Positions 1-9,446 of a stretch of 27,531 nt of DNA are shown here, one piece after another (the stretch's first letter is position 1; each line of letters starts with the position of its first letter). The notes under the pieces were generated by a model. The model was not told the DNA's origin and did no database searches. It worked only from the letters and a program-made list of their open reading frames with translations. This DNA is from a virus (Duplodnaviria; Caudoviricetes). The stretch lies in the IMG/VR virus record IMGVR_UViG_3300044676_006671, positions 1 to 27,531 of that record; one strand, written 5' to 3'. A program made the translations under genes and the position numbers.

Positions 1-450
1 ACTGATCTACCTCTCCCAATTGGAGTTGGTTCAGTAGGAAAAACACCTGACGGAACTTGGATGTTCGTTCAAGCTGACGGTGCTATCGACCAATACGCTT
101 TTGTAAAAATAACTGACGATGGGCAGGCAGCAATGCTTACTCAGGCGAATGATTCAGCTATTTTGCAAGCTGGCGTAGCTCAAGTAGCAGCAGCAAACGA
201 CGAGTACCTTTGGGTATGGGTTGGCGGCGTTGGCGGCGGCGGTGTTGATAGTGGAATTAAGGGTAAAGTAGCAGCTTCGTATGCGGCTGATGCAGCTCTT
301 TATACTACTACAACAGCCGGTGTTGCTGATGATAATGCATCCGGAGCAGTACAAATTGTTGGAGCAGTTGGTCTTACGACTGACGGCGGAAGCGGATCAG
401 CGGTTGAGTTGAAGTCGATGGGATACCTATCTATCAATTTAACAGCGTAA
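1..450 (+). CDS. Head decoration/cement-type virion protein, 5'-truncated (frame is open from base 1)
   Basis: Frame 1 has no stop from 1 to 450 (TDLPLPIGVGSVGKTPDGTWMFVQ...). The protein is Gly/Ala-rich and beta-type, and is followed by a strong terminator, as expected for the gene after the major capsid protein. Confidence 0.55.
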   Translation, partial: TDLPLPIGVGSVGKTPDGTWMFVQADGAIDQYAFVKITDDGQAAMLTQANDSAILQAGVAQVAAANDEYLWVWVGGVGGGGVDSGIKGKVAASYAADAALYTTTTAGVADDNASGAVQIVGAVGLTTDGGSGSAVELKSMGYLSINLTA

Positions 451-457
451 GCTACTA

Positions 458-484
458 GGGGGGAGGAAACTCCCCCCACTTTTT
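458..484 (+). terminator. Rho-independent terminator
   Basis: GGGGGGAG-GAAA-CTCCCCCC stem-loop followed by ACTTTTT, just after the stop at 450. Confidence 0.85.
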
Positions 485-495
485 ATTGAGGCATT

Positions 496-756
496 ATGGC
501 AAGCGATTTTACACCTTCTAATCCAGGCGCATTGTTCTCGGCGTCAAAACTAGCAACTGTTACACCTAGCGATAGCACTGACCTTGGAGCTGTAAGAGCT
601 TTGTTTGTTGGCGGCGCTGGTGTTGTAAATGTATTGGCTCAAGGCGATACTTCTCCAGTACAAATCACAGTACCAGCGGGAACGCTATTGCCAATATTTG
701 CAAGCAAGGTTTATTCAACAAGCACAACAGCAACGCTTATTGTAGCAATGTACTAG
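496..756 (+). CDS. Head spike base protein (RcGTA Rcc01079-like family)
   Basis: 86 aa with the pattern VTPSDSTDL...RALFVGGAG.V.V...VPAGTLLPI...KV.ST.TTAT.IVA typical of this family; GAGG RBS. Confidence 0.75.
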   Translation: MASDFTPSNPGALFSASKLATVTPSDSTDLGAVRALFVGGAGVVNVLAQGDTSPVQITVPAGTLLPIFASKVYSTSTTATLIVAMY

Positions 757-757
757 T

Positions 758-1591
758 ATGTTTATTGGCATTAAAGGTCTTGGAGTTGTAGGTTCGGTGG
801 TCGGCAATGTAAGCGGCCCTGCCTACGATTCTGACGCTCAAACCTACATTGATGCTGTAGAGGCTGCCGACGGTCAAGCGTTAGAGACTGATGTTAAAGA
901 AGCCTATAACAACTTCTTTGTAGGCTTAAAAGACGATGGGTTGCTCACTGACTTATCGGCTTGTTGCTTATTGCTTGGCGCTCGTACAGTCGCTGGTGCT
1001 TTAACTCCACTAGTTCCTTCCATGCCTACGCCCATCAACAACAACTTTGTTAGTGGTGATTACAGTAGAACCACAGGGTTAAAAGGTGATGCAAGCACCA
1101 AATATATAGATACTGGATTAGCCGCTAATTCAGATGGTCAAAATGATTTTCATTTGTCCGTGTATGAGACTGAACTGCACAATACTGGCGGTAGCACAGG
1201 AGGTATTATCGGATATACTGATTTCCCTGGTTCGGGAAATGCGGCTCAGATCGTGTATAGATACAACGCACTTTTTATTCAACGTGCAAAAGACCCTAAC
1301 AGCACTCAGCTATCTAGAGGTACAGCAACGGGATTTTCTGGCATCGTAAGAAATGGGCCATTCGGTTTTGATTACCGCTACCCCAGTGGCACCGGAAACA
1401 TTACAGGTACAAGTAGTGCTGCGCCAAGCGCCAATATGTATGTTTTTGCGAACCACTTGCCAGGAACAGGCGCATATATTAAAGCGAACGGCCGAATCAC
1501 CTTTTATTCATTCGGTGCGGCAGTAACACTTGCGACTCTTGATAGCCGAGTTTCAACTTTAGTCAGTGAAATTGGAGCCGCTTTGCCATGA
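758..1591 (+). CDS. Putative head fibre/spike protein
   Basis: N-terminal MFIGIKGLG resembles the anchor peptide of Rcc01080-type fibres that follow spike-base genes; beta-rich C-terminal domain. Confidence 0.55.
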   Translation: MFIGIKGLGVVGSVVGNVSGPAYDSDAQTYIDAVEAADGQALETDVKEAYNNFFVGLKDDGLLTDLSACCLLLGARTVAGALTPLVPSMPTPINNNFVSGDYSRTTGLKGDASTKYIDTGLAANSDGQNDFHLSVYETELHNTGGSTGGIIGYTDFPGSGNAAQIVYRYNALFIQRAKDPNSTQLSRGTATGFSGIVRNGPFGFDYRYPSGTGNITGTSSAAPSANMYVFANHLPGTGAYIKANGRITFYSFGAAVTLATLDSRVSTLVSEIGAALP

Positions 1592-1905
1592 CCTTAGAAG
1601 ACCTTATCCCAGATTTACCGCTGAGTTATGCCGAAGGCAAAACATACGGCTTAGTGTTTGCCGTAGATTTGAAAATGCGGCTTGATGAAATACAGCAAGA
1701 ACATCCACCTACTAATTACGCCACACCTGTAGAAACGGCTGATGGGCGTTACATACTTCACGGTGATTTACTCAGTGAAGTGGGGCCAGACGGAATGTTT
1801 GCTGGAACATTTTCTTATTTAGATCAATCGAGATTTAATGAGGTTGAGGTTTTGTCGTGGGCAGATGCACAAGCATTGTTGCCTCCAAGACCCGATCCTG
1901 TTTAG
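1588..1905 (+). CDS. Hypothetical protein (fibre-associated)
   Basis: ATGA overlap with the fibre gene; acidic, 105 aa. Confidence 0.6.
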   Translation: MTLEDLIPDLPLSYAEGKTYGLVFAVDLKMRLDEIQQEHPPTNYATPVETADGRYILHGDLLSEVGPDGMFAGTFSYLDQSRFNEVEVLSWADAQALLPPRPDPV

Positions 1906-1972
1906 AGCTTGTAATAGTGACTATGGTATATAAAAATATTGACAAACCGTTTATGTACCACAGGGAGAATTT

Positions 1973-2644
1973 ATGGCACAGGTAGATTGGGCAAGTATAA
2001 TGAATGGCAATAGCAAACCGCAAAGAAGGTACAGCGGAGCTAATGTGAAATTCTTTTATGCCTACAATGAAAATCGTGAAAAGTCGTTAAATGAGGGACG
2101 ACCTATATTTGACGAAATTCCTTCAATTTCAATTCAATGGCCTGGTGGTGATGAGACTGTTAGGCGCATAGAACAGCAGGATATTCATGAATACCCAGAA
2201 CTTTACGAGCGTTTTAAGGCAGGAAGTGAGCCAGTAACCGAAGGTACTCCACTAGCTGAGTGGGCTATGATGAGTGGTTCTGCACTAAGAGAGCTAAACT
2301 ATCTTGGCTTTAAGACAGTAGAGCAATTAGCAGCGGCAACTGATGAAGTTAAAAGAAAGATAGGGCCACTATCAAAACTTGTCACTATGGCAAAAGATTG
2401 GTTAGAGGCTGCAAATTCAGATCAAAATGAGGTGGTAAAGCTAAAACAACAATTAGCAGCAGAGACCGCAAAAAGAGAGCAATTAGAGGAAAAACTAGAG
2501 TTATTCCTACAACGCATTGAAGCAAACGAAGGAACGGATTTAAGACCGCTAAGAAAAGAAATGGCAGAAGAAGAAACACCTGTAGCAGCGGAACCAGTAG
2601 AAGTAGAAACGCCAAAGAGACGAGGTAGACCAAGGAAGCAATGA
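1973..2644 (+). CDS. Conserved phage protein of the head-tail region
   Basis: GGGAG RBS; GRPIF...EGTPL.EW...GFKTVEQLAA motifs, a coiled coil and a KRRGRPRK tail; overlaps the next start. Confidence 0.7.
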   Translation: MAQVDWASIMNGNSKPQRRYSGANVKFFYAYNENREKSLNEGRPIFDEIPSISIQWPGGDETVRRIEQQDIHEYPELYERFKAGSEPVTEGTPLAEWAMMSGSALRELNYLGFKTVEQLAAATDEVKRKIGPLSKLVTMAKDWLEAANSDQNEVVKLKQQLAAETAKREQLEEKLELFLQRIEANEGTDLRPLRKEMAEEETPVAAEPVEVETPKRRGRPRKQ

Positions 2645-3498
2645 GTTTAAGCACGGTTATTCAAAATGTAGCAGACGAAGCAGGGTACACCGTAAGCGCC
2701 AATGTGATCGGCGCTACCGATACTACTACGAAACAGCTTCTTGCAATTGCACAGCGAATTAACCTTGAAATGTTCGAGCAATACCCCTGGACTAAATGCT
2801 ATGCTTCAGGGGCTATTACTCTAGTGGCTGGTCAGGCGCAGTATGCCTTGCCAGCCGCTTTTTCTTATTATCAGTACGACACCTTCTGGAATCAATCTAA
2901 CCGCTGGAGAGTGTTGGGGCCAATGACGGCTCAAGACTATGCCGACATAAGAGGGTTTGGCCTTAACCCCACTATTTATCAACAGTTTCAAATAAGAGGT
3001 ATTAGCAATGATCAACTTCTTATTTATCCTACGCCGACGGAAAGCGGTGATGTCATCATTTTTGAATACATTGCGGATCGCAGTGTTAAACCTAAAACCT
3101 GGACAGCTACTACTGCTTTTCCGGCTGGTAGTTATTGTTTTTATAACGGCAATTATTATCAGACAACTTCTGGAGGCACGACAGGAGCAACTCCACCAAC
3201 GCATACTACAGGCAGTGTATCCGATGGTGGTGTGACTTGGACGTATTACAGTGGTTCCTACAATAAATTTCTAGCTGATACTGATAGTTCTGTTTTTAAT
3301 GAAAAAGTATTGGAGCAGGGCATCTTAGAAAGGTTTGCAGAGATTCACGGCTTAGACAGTGTAAGACCTAAATACCAAGTGCAATTACACGAGGAATGGT
3401 CGAGAGATATGCCAGCAAAGATTCAGTATGCTGGAACAATGAGACGCAATCAGATTTACGCAAGAAACGGAGTAGCATCATTTGGAACATGGATATAG
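2641..3498 (+). CDS. Head-tail adaptor (tail tubular protein A / P22 gp4-like) with an inserted CBM-like module
   Basis: N-terminal helices, 'ITLVAGQAQYALPAAF' and 'LLIYPTP...IIFEY' are adaptor-like; positioned upstream of the nozzle. Confidence 0.65.
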   Translation: MSLSTVIQNVADEAGYTVSANVIGATDTTTKQLLAIAQRINLEMFEQYPWTKCYASGAITLVAGQAQYALPAAFSYYQYDTFWNQSNRWRVLGPMTAQDYADIRGFGLNPTIYQQFQIRGISNDQLLIYPTPTESGDVIIFEYIADRSVKPKTWTATTAFPAGSYCFYNGNYYQTTSGGTTGATPPTHTTGSVSDGGVTWTYYSGSYNKFLADTDSSVFNEKVLEQGILERFAEIHGLDSVRPKYQVQLHEEWSRDMPAKIQYAGTMRRNQIYARNGVASFGTWI

Positions 3499-3501
3499 AT
3501 T

Positions 3502-5058
3502 ATGAATGGATTTCAACCACCTGCATTTGTAGCTAATGACCCTAGAGGTACTTTTTACTGGTACGTTTCTAACGGTATGCCATATCAAGAAGCTGCTAAT
3601 CTTGTAGCACAACGGTTCGGCCAACCGAAAACAAAAGAGCAATTAGCAAGAGAAAAAGAAAAAGCAGAACAAAACTATCAGGCTGGTCAAATTGCTGGTT
3701 CGTTAGGTGGCATGGTTGTCGGTGGTGAAGCGCTTGCTGGATTTCCTAACGTAAAAAAGTATTTGGGATATGGACAAACACCGACTGACGCAGGAAGCGG
3801 TTCTATTAGCATGACACGGCAAGTCCCACCTCCAACAACAAGTGTTGATGGTAGCGGAGCTGGAGCAGTAGATTTAGGTGGTGGTACAGGTGGCACTGGG
3901 GGCGGTGTTGCAACTCCAAAAGTATTAGAAGTTAAAGGAGCGACTGCAACAATAGAAACACCTGCTGGTGTTGAGCAGGTTCCATCGGAGGCTCTAAACG
4001 ATCCAGGGTTCTTTTCCAACATTGATTGGAATAAAGCAGCTCAAGGCGGCATGGGAGCCATGCAGCTTTATCAAGCATACAAAGCGTACAAGGGCGGCGA
4101 TAAGGTCGGAGCTGGTATTTATGGAACTGCTGGAGCAACAAACATAGCAGCTTCAGGGTTAGCAGGTCAGTTTGCACAGCAAGCAGCAGGAGACGCACTA
4201 GGAGGATATTTAATACCAGGCGTAAACGTAGTGACAGGTTTGTACAGTGGATACAAAACTGCTGATGCTCTTAGTGATATGGCGGCTGGTAACGATAGAT
4301 ATAAAACTGGCGCAATGGGAATGGCTGCTACGGGTGCTGCTATTGGTAGCGTGATTCCTGGTGTCGGAACAGCGATTGGAGCAGTTGTAGGAGCCTTAGC
4401 TGGACTTACGGCAGCTAAGTTTGGTTCTAGTAAAAACAAAGCACAAATGTTGCGAGATGGGATTCGTGATGTATGGCAAGAGAACGGAATTGTCGATGAA
4501 AACTATCAGGGTACATTGGCTGACGGCACAGCCTTTGACTTCGGTGTAGATGGTAGCAAGTTAAAATGGAAAGAAATTGATAAGATTGCGGAAGCACAGC
4601 CGGAGGCGTGGAGCGCAGCGGTAGGTCTGCTTGATCCCCTAGTGAGCAGCTACGGTCTTAAAGGGCAAAAAATGTCAGACGTTACGGCGTGGTTAGCTAG
4701 GGCAGCGGTTAGTAATGCAGGGAACGACCCACAGGTTGCTATTGAAAACGTAAAGCATTTTGCTGCACAGCAGGGCCTCGACGGAGATGCGTATCAGAAA
4801 ATAATGGATACCTTTCGAGCAGAGGACAAAATTACGGCAGAAGAATATGACCGAAATATGAGTCATGCTGCAAGATTGTTTGGAGAAGCAACGCCAGATG
4901 TAACGGAAGAGTTAATTGCACGACCTGCCGAGGGTGAGGTTGCAAGACTTTCTCCTGGCATGTATCGAGATGCTAGTGGCAATTTAGTGAAAGCAAATTC
5001 AATGCGAGCAGCGTTAGAAAAAGCATACAAGGGTAAAGAAAAAAGTAAGGAGCTATAA
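3502..5058 (+). CDS. Putative internal virion/ejection protein
   Basis: 518 aa, Gly/Ala-rich, with a glycine-zipper hydrophobic stretch (GAAIGSVIPGVGTAIGAVVGALAG). Confidence 0.55.
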   Translation: MNGFQPPAFVANDPRGTFYWYVSNGMPYQEAANLVAQRFGQPKTKEQLAREKEKAEQNYQAGQIAGSLGGMVVGGEALAGFPNVKKYLGYGQTPTDAGSGSISMTRQVPPPTTSVDGSGAGAVDLGGGTGGTGGGVATPKVLEVKGATATIETPAGVEQVPSEALNDPGFFSNIDWNKAAQGGMGAMQLYQAYKAYKGGDKVGAGIYGTAGATNIAASGLAGQFAQQAAGDALGGYLIPGVNVVTGLYSGYKTADALSDMAAGNDRYKTGAMGMAATGAAIGSVIPGVGTAIGAVVGALAGLTAAKFGSSKNKAQMLRDGIRDVWQENGIVDENYQGTLADGTAFDFGVDGSKLKWKEIDKIAEAQPEAWSAAVGLLDPLVSSYGLKGQKMSDVTAWLARAAVSNAGNDPQVAIENVKHFAAQQGLDGDAYQKIMDTFRAEDKITAEEYDRNMSHAARLFGEATPDVTEELIARPAEGEVARLSPGMYRDASGNLVKANSMRAALEKAYKGKEKSKEL

Positions 5059-5792
5059 TGGCAAGAGGAATGATGTCACGTCCACCAACTGGCGGCGGAT
5101 TAAAAGAGCTTAGCGCAAGACAACAACGACGCAAGCAGTATTTAGAGCGTCAAGGCCGAGAGTTTAAGCCCAGTGGTCGAGTAGCTGGTCAGCCTACAGA
5201 AATGCCAGAAATGACCGCTAGACAACAGCGACGGCAACAGTATTTAGCAAGGCGTGATGCTAGACGACAAAGAGCTGTAGAGGATTACAGAGCGCAACAA
5301 GCCGGGCAACAAGCCGGGCAACAGCTTGGAAGGTTTCCTGGACTTCCTGAAGGATTACCTGAAAATTATCAGCCGTATCCGTTGGATCTAACTCCAGAGC
5401 AAAGGAAACAATTAGAAAGTAATTTATTAAGTGGAAACTTCCGTAGCGACAATCCCAATGCACCTCAAGATGCAATGTTAAGAAGGCCAGCAGGATCTCC
5501 ACTTTTTGCAGATTATTTTGGCGGTCAAGGTTATGGCAACATGATGGGTCAACTACCTGCTGGTGTAACTCAAGGTCAGGCAGTAGCAGCAGCAATGCAA
5601 GAGCCAGAACGCCTACCAAATCCTGAAACATTGAATCGGATGCCAGGACAACCGTTCGGGCAATATACGGCAGCAGGACAGTACCGACCTCTACCATTCT
5701 ATGCAACGCCGCAGCAGATAAGAGAGAGGCAGGCGTTGATACAAGGTGGACATTATTTCAACCAGCTACCACCTGCACAACGAATGAGGTAA
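5058..5792 (+). CDS. Gln/Arg/Pro-rich putative internal virion protein
   Basis: AAGGAG RBS, TAATG coupling, low-complexity 244 aa. Confidence 0.55.
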   Translation: MARGMMSRPPTGGGLKELSARQQRRKQYLERQGREFKPSGRVAGQPTEMPEMTARQQRRQQYLARRDARRQRAVEDYRAQQAGQQAGQQLGRFPGLPEGLPENYQPYPLDLTPEQRKQLESNLLSGNFRSDNPNAPQDAMLRRPAGSPLFADYFGGQGYGNMMGQLPAGVTQGQAVAAAMQEPERLPNPETLNRMPGQPFGQYTAAGQYRPLPFYATPQQIRERQALIQGGHYFNQLPPAQRMR

Positions 5793-5795
5793 TAA

Positions 5796-7334
5796 ATGCC
5801 GCTGCAAGGTTTCACAATGCCACCACCATATCGGGGCTTAGACTTAATAAGCCCCGTAGATAACATGGATCCTAGCCATGCTTTAGAGCTAGTAAACGTG
5901 TTTTGTGGCCCAAGTGCGCCTACAGTCCGGTTAGGGTATGAGGAGTTTGTAAATACTGGCCTTAGCTCTCCCTTGTATTTTTTAGCTACATTGCAGTTAA
6001 AAAATGGCACTGAGCAACTTATTGCGGCAAACGATACGAACATATACAGCGTCAGCGAATCAGGAATTAGTACTGATATTACTAATTTGACACCACACAC
6101 AGATGCAGAGTTTCAGAGTACTGTATTTGCAAATAATATCTATTTTGCAAACGGTGTTGATCATTTTAGCGTATACACTGGCTCTGGAACTGTTACAGAT
6201 ACAACCTTTACGTTCGGTGGTGGTGTAACCGGACACGACATCATAAATTGCGCTAATTACCGTGAGCGCCTCTACATGATAGAAAAAGAAAGCGCTATTG
6301 TTCACTACGGAAATACTCAAGCTACAGGGGTTAGCGGTACGTCTAGCACAAACAGCTACGACTTTCAGTATGTATTTAATCACGGTGGGTTTTTAGTAAA
6401 CTGCGGAACCTACACAAATCAAACGTCAACAACCTCACAAGCTCTGTTTTTTGCATGTAGCAGTGAGGGCGAGATGGTCTTCTTTTCAGGAACCTCGCCA
6501 AGTGATTCTAACTGGTCTTTAGTTGGTCGATACTACATAGGAAAGCCATTGGGTTATCGAGCGTTTATTCCTATCAACGCTGATATGTGGGTGCTGACAC
6601 AGCAAGGCATTGTGCCGATTTCGAGCTTGTTTAAGATGGATCCTGTTCAAGCTGTAAATACAGTTAGTGCAAAAATTAACCCCTTTATAAGTGATTACGC
6701 TGCACAACTTTCTTTTGACCATGAGTGGGCAGGTGTGTTTTGGCCAGCAGGCAGACGAGTCTATGTAAGTGTTCCGACTAGTAGTACGACCGTTAGTTAT
6801 TTAGTTTATAGTCTTGATACACAGGCATGGTCGGAGTTTAGACTTTCAAGCAATACTCATGGAATTAGCCTAGCGGTATTTAATCGTTTGCCATACTACG
6901 GTTCGGCGCAAGGCATTATTTGGAAGGGCGAAACAGGGCAAGCTGATGCTGTTACTGCTACTGACAGTCAATCAATAGTGTATTCCGGCAGAAGTGCATT
7001 TAGCTTTTTTGGCAGTCGAGCTAACTACAAAGTATTTGCTGATATTCGGCCAATTGTAAGAACAAAACGAGGAGTCACTCTTAACGTAGGAATAGATACC
7101 GACTTTAAGAGAGCAACTGCAATTACTGGAGTCACTACGGCTCCAGGCGTGTTTACTCCGTGGGGTAGTCCGTGGGGTAGTTCGTGGTCGTCAGATTTAG
7201 ATTACATATTCGATAGGTTTGCAACAGAGGGGCAAGGCCACTGTGCGGCTTATCGTTTTGGTGGTTCACTAAAAAACGCAAGTATGCAAATTTTGGGTAT
7301 GGAAATCCGCTTTAATCTTGGAGGACAGGTATAA
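5796..7334 (+). CDS. Tail nozzle / tail tubular protein B (P22 gp10-like, beta-propeller)
   Basis: 512 aa, beta-rich; N-terminal PPYRGL..SPVDNM.P..A..L.N and C-terminal PWGSPWGSSW motifs are typical of podovirus nozzles. Confidence 0.7.
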   Translation: MPLQGFTMPPPYRGLDLISPVDNMDPSHALELVNVFCGPSAPTVRLGYEEFVNTGLSSPLYFLATLQLKNGTEQLIAANDTNIYSVSESGISTDITNLTPHTDAEFQSTVFANNIYFANGVDHFSVYTGSGTVTDTTFTFGGGVTGHDIINCANYRERLYMIEKESAIVHYGNTQATGVSGTSSTNSYDFQYVFNHGGFLVNCGTYTNQTSTTSQALFFACSSEGEMVFFSGTSPSDSNWSLVGRYYIGKPLGYRAFIPINADMWVLTQQGIVPISSLFKMDPVQAVNTVSAKINPFISDYAAQLSFDHEWAGVFWPAGRRVYVSVPTSSTTVSYLVYSLDTQAWSEFRLSSNTHGISLAVFNRLPYYGSAQGIIWKGETGQADAVTATDSQSIVYSGRSAFSFFGSRANYKVFADIRPIVRTKRGVTLNVGIDTDFKRATAITGVTTAPGVFTPWGSPWGSSWSSDLDYIFDRFATEGQGHCAAYRFGGSLKNASMQILGMEIRFNLGGQV

Positions 7335-8197
7335 TGGCAAATGGGGCAATGGGGCAAGACCCAAGACAACAAGCGGCTGCCGAGCCGAACAGTCAAAGGA
7401 TGCAGAGACGGTTGCAATATCTGCAAAGAACTCGTCCTAACGATCCTGCTGTAAAGCGGCTACAAGCAAGACTGCGTGGTATGCCTGATTATCAGGCTCC
7501 TGATTTTCGGACGTTATCGCCTGAGCAACAAGCAGAACAAATGGCAGGAACTAGCGGCTCTGTTTATGAGCAAATGGCTGGTTACGCTCAAGGGTTTGAT
7601 CCTCGTACAATGCAGAGTCAGTATGAACCTATTTATTCTCAAGAAATGGAGAGAGCTAGGCAGAATGTTATGGGGCAGTTTGAAAGACAAATGGCTCCTG
7701 AGTTTCAGAGACAGCAAGAGCAGTTTCAACAGATGGCGGCAGAGAGAGGTTTAGATCCTAACTCTGTGGCGTACAAGACTCAGCTACAGCAATTAAATGA
7801 AAGGCAGGATGCTGCTAGACAGCAAGCTGTGAGCCAAGCTGAAACAGCCGCACAGGGCGTACAACAATCAATGTTTAGCCAAGCTGGTCAAATGGCAATG
7901 ATGCCTGGTCAGATTGCAAGTCAATTCCAAGACCCATATAAGCTAAACTTTGCTCAAATGTTAGAGCAACAGAAAATGGCTTTTGAAGCGAGACAGGCAG
8001 AGCTTGAACGGCAGAATCGGTTGCAGATTGCAAGGACGCAAGGAAGTGGCAGTCAAGGGCCAACGCCATATGACCGATACATAGCTGAAACAATTGAAGG
8101 TGGTTATGGCGGTGGACAACAGCCTAATCCGTTTGCTGGTTTTGCTGGTGGCTTTGCTGGCGGCTTTGGTCAGGGATATTTAGGAGGATCTAAGTAA
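7334..8197 (+). CDS. Putative DNA ejection/pilot protein
   Basis: GGAGG RBS; Gln-rich helical protein with a Gly-rich C-terminus, directly after the nozzle. Confidence 0.6.
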   Translation: MANGAMGQDPRQQAAAEPNSQRMQRRLQYLQRTRPNDPAVKRLQARLRGMPDYQAPDFRTLSPEQQAEQMAGTSGSVYEQMAGYAQGFDPRTMQSQYEPIYSQEMERARQNVMGQFERQMAPEFQRQQEQFQQMAAERGLDPNSVAYKTQLQQLNERQDAARQQAVSQAETAAQGVQQSMFSQAGQMAMMPGQIASQFQDPYKLNFAQMLEQQKMAFEARQAELERQNRLQIARTQGSGSQGPTPYDRYIAETIEGGYGGGQQPNPFAGFAGGFAGGFGQGYLGGSK

Positions 8198-9420
8198 TGG
8201 CAGATGAAGGTTTGTTAGGCGTACCAATGAGTTTTGGTATTGGCGATACTTTACTAGGATCGCTAGGAACTGGTTTGGCTAGAGCTACTCCTAAAATGAT
8301 TAGCCCCTATGCCTCTACAGGTACAGCTATTGGGTTAGGACTAGGCAGTGTGTTGTTGCAGTCATTGTTAGGCTATCAAGCTAGACAGCAAGCAGCCGAC
8401 AGAACTATTGAGCTTAACAAGCTATCTACTCCACTACTAGGTATGCAGACAGCACAGGAGAGATCTGATTACATTTCAGGATTAGGTGACGTAGATACGC
8501 AAGTGCTTGGTAGACTAAGTAGCTTATCAGGAGCGTTAGGAAGTCGTGCTATTGAGCAGCAACAAGAATTAGATCTAGCAAAACGAAAGGCAGAGCTTGA
8601 CTATAAAATGGAGCTAAGTCCGATGGCTCAACAGCTTGCAGAGCTAAAGCTAAGTCGAGAAAAAGAATTAGCGGAAGCAAGAGCTTCAGTTTTTGGCAGC
8701 AGGTTTGCAGTTGGCGATCCAGAAAAAAACAAGATAATGCAAAAAAGGTTTGGCGCACTTAATTTGAAAAGTAAAACTGCCTTAAATTTATTGGAACCAG
8801 AAGAGTGGCAACAATTAGACGAGGGTACTTTACAGCCAAATCTAGCCCTAAATTTAGCTAATGAAAGGCAAAGAAAACTTGATATAAGCCCTGAAGGCAC
8901 AGGGTTAAGTCCAAAACAAGCTGAAGAGGCAGCAGGGCAAGATCAAATAATAAATGACGTTACGCTACATATAGAAAAAATAAAAAGCATACCGGAAGTA
9001 GCACTGCAATTAGCATACAAATCACCAGTTGCCGCCACAGCATTGGGCAAAATGAGTGCAAAACTGGCCGATGGCGAGTTACCAGAAGGTTTTCTTGCGA
9101 ATAATGAAGCGCTTGCGGCAACAATTAGAAAAGAATTGTTTGGACAAACTTTGACTGGCAACGAAAAGAGATCGTTTGATATTGTAACAGGGAAAGAAAC
9201 AACGAGTAGCAAAGCTGATATTATAGCAGCATGGGATTATCTCATAACTAGAGCTAGATCTAATCTAGCATCAAAACGTAAGTATGTCGGCATGACTAAA
9301 GAAGAGTTTGCTCAAGGAGGCGGCGCTGACACTAAAAGTAAAATTAATTCAGATGACAAGTTAGCGGAGCAACTTAGAAAAGAAATTGCTGAGTTAAAAA
9401 GGGAATTAGAAGTTGATTAA
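8197..9420 (+). CDS. Putative DNA ejection protein
   Basis: AGGAGG RBS, TAATG coupling, N-terminal Gly/Leu hydrophobic segments, helical remainder. Confidence 0.6.
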   Translation: MADEGLLGVPMSFGIGDTLLGSLGTGLARATPKMISPYASTGTAIGLGLGSVLLQSLLGYQARQQAADRTIELNKLSTPLLGMQTAQERSDYISGLGDVDTQVLGRLSSLSGALGSRAIEQQQELDLAKRKAELDYKMELSPMAQQLAELKLSREKELAEARASVFGSRFAVGDPEKNKIMQKRFGALNLKSKTALNLLEPEEWQQLDEGTLQPNLALNLANERQRKLDISPEGTGLSPKQAEEAAGQDQIINDVTLHIEKIKSIPEVALQLAYKSPVAATALGKMSAKLADGELPEGFLANNEALAATIRKELFGQTLTGNEKRSFDIVTGKETTSSKADIIAAWDYLITRARSNLASKRKYVGMTKEEFAQGGGADTKSKINSDDKLAEQLRKEIAELKRELEVD

Positions 9421-9446
9421 AAAACAATAGTTGCGGTGAGACGGTA

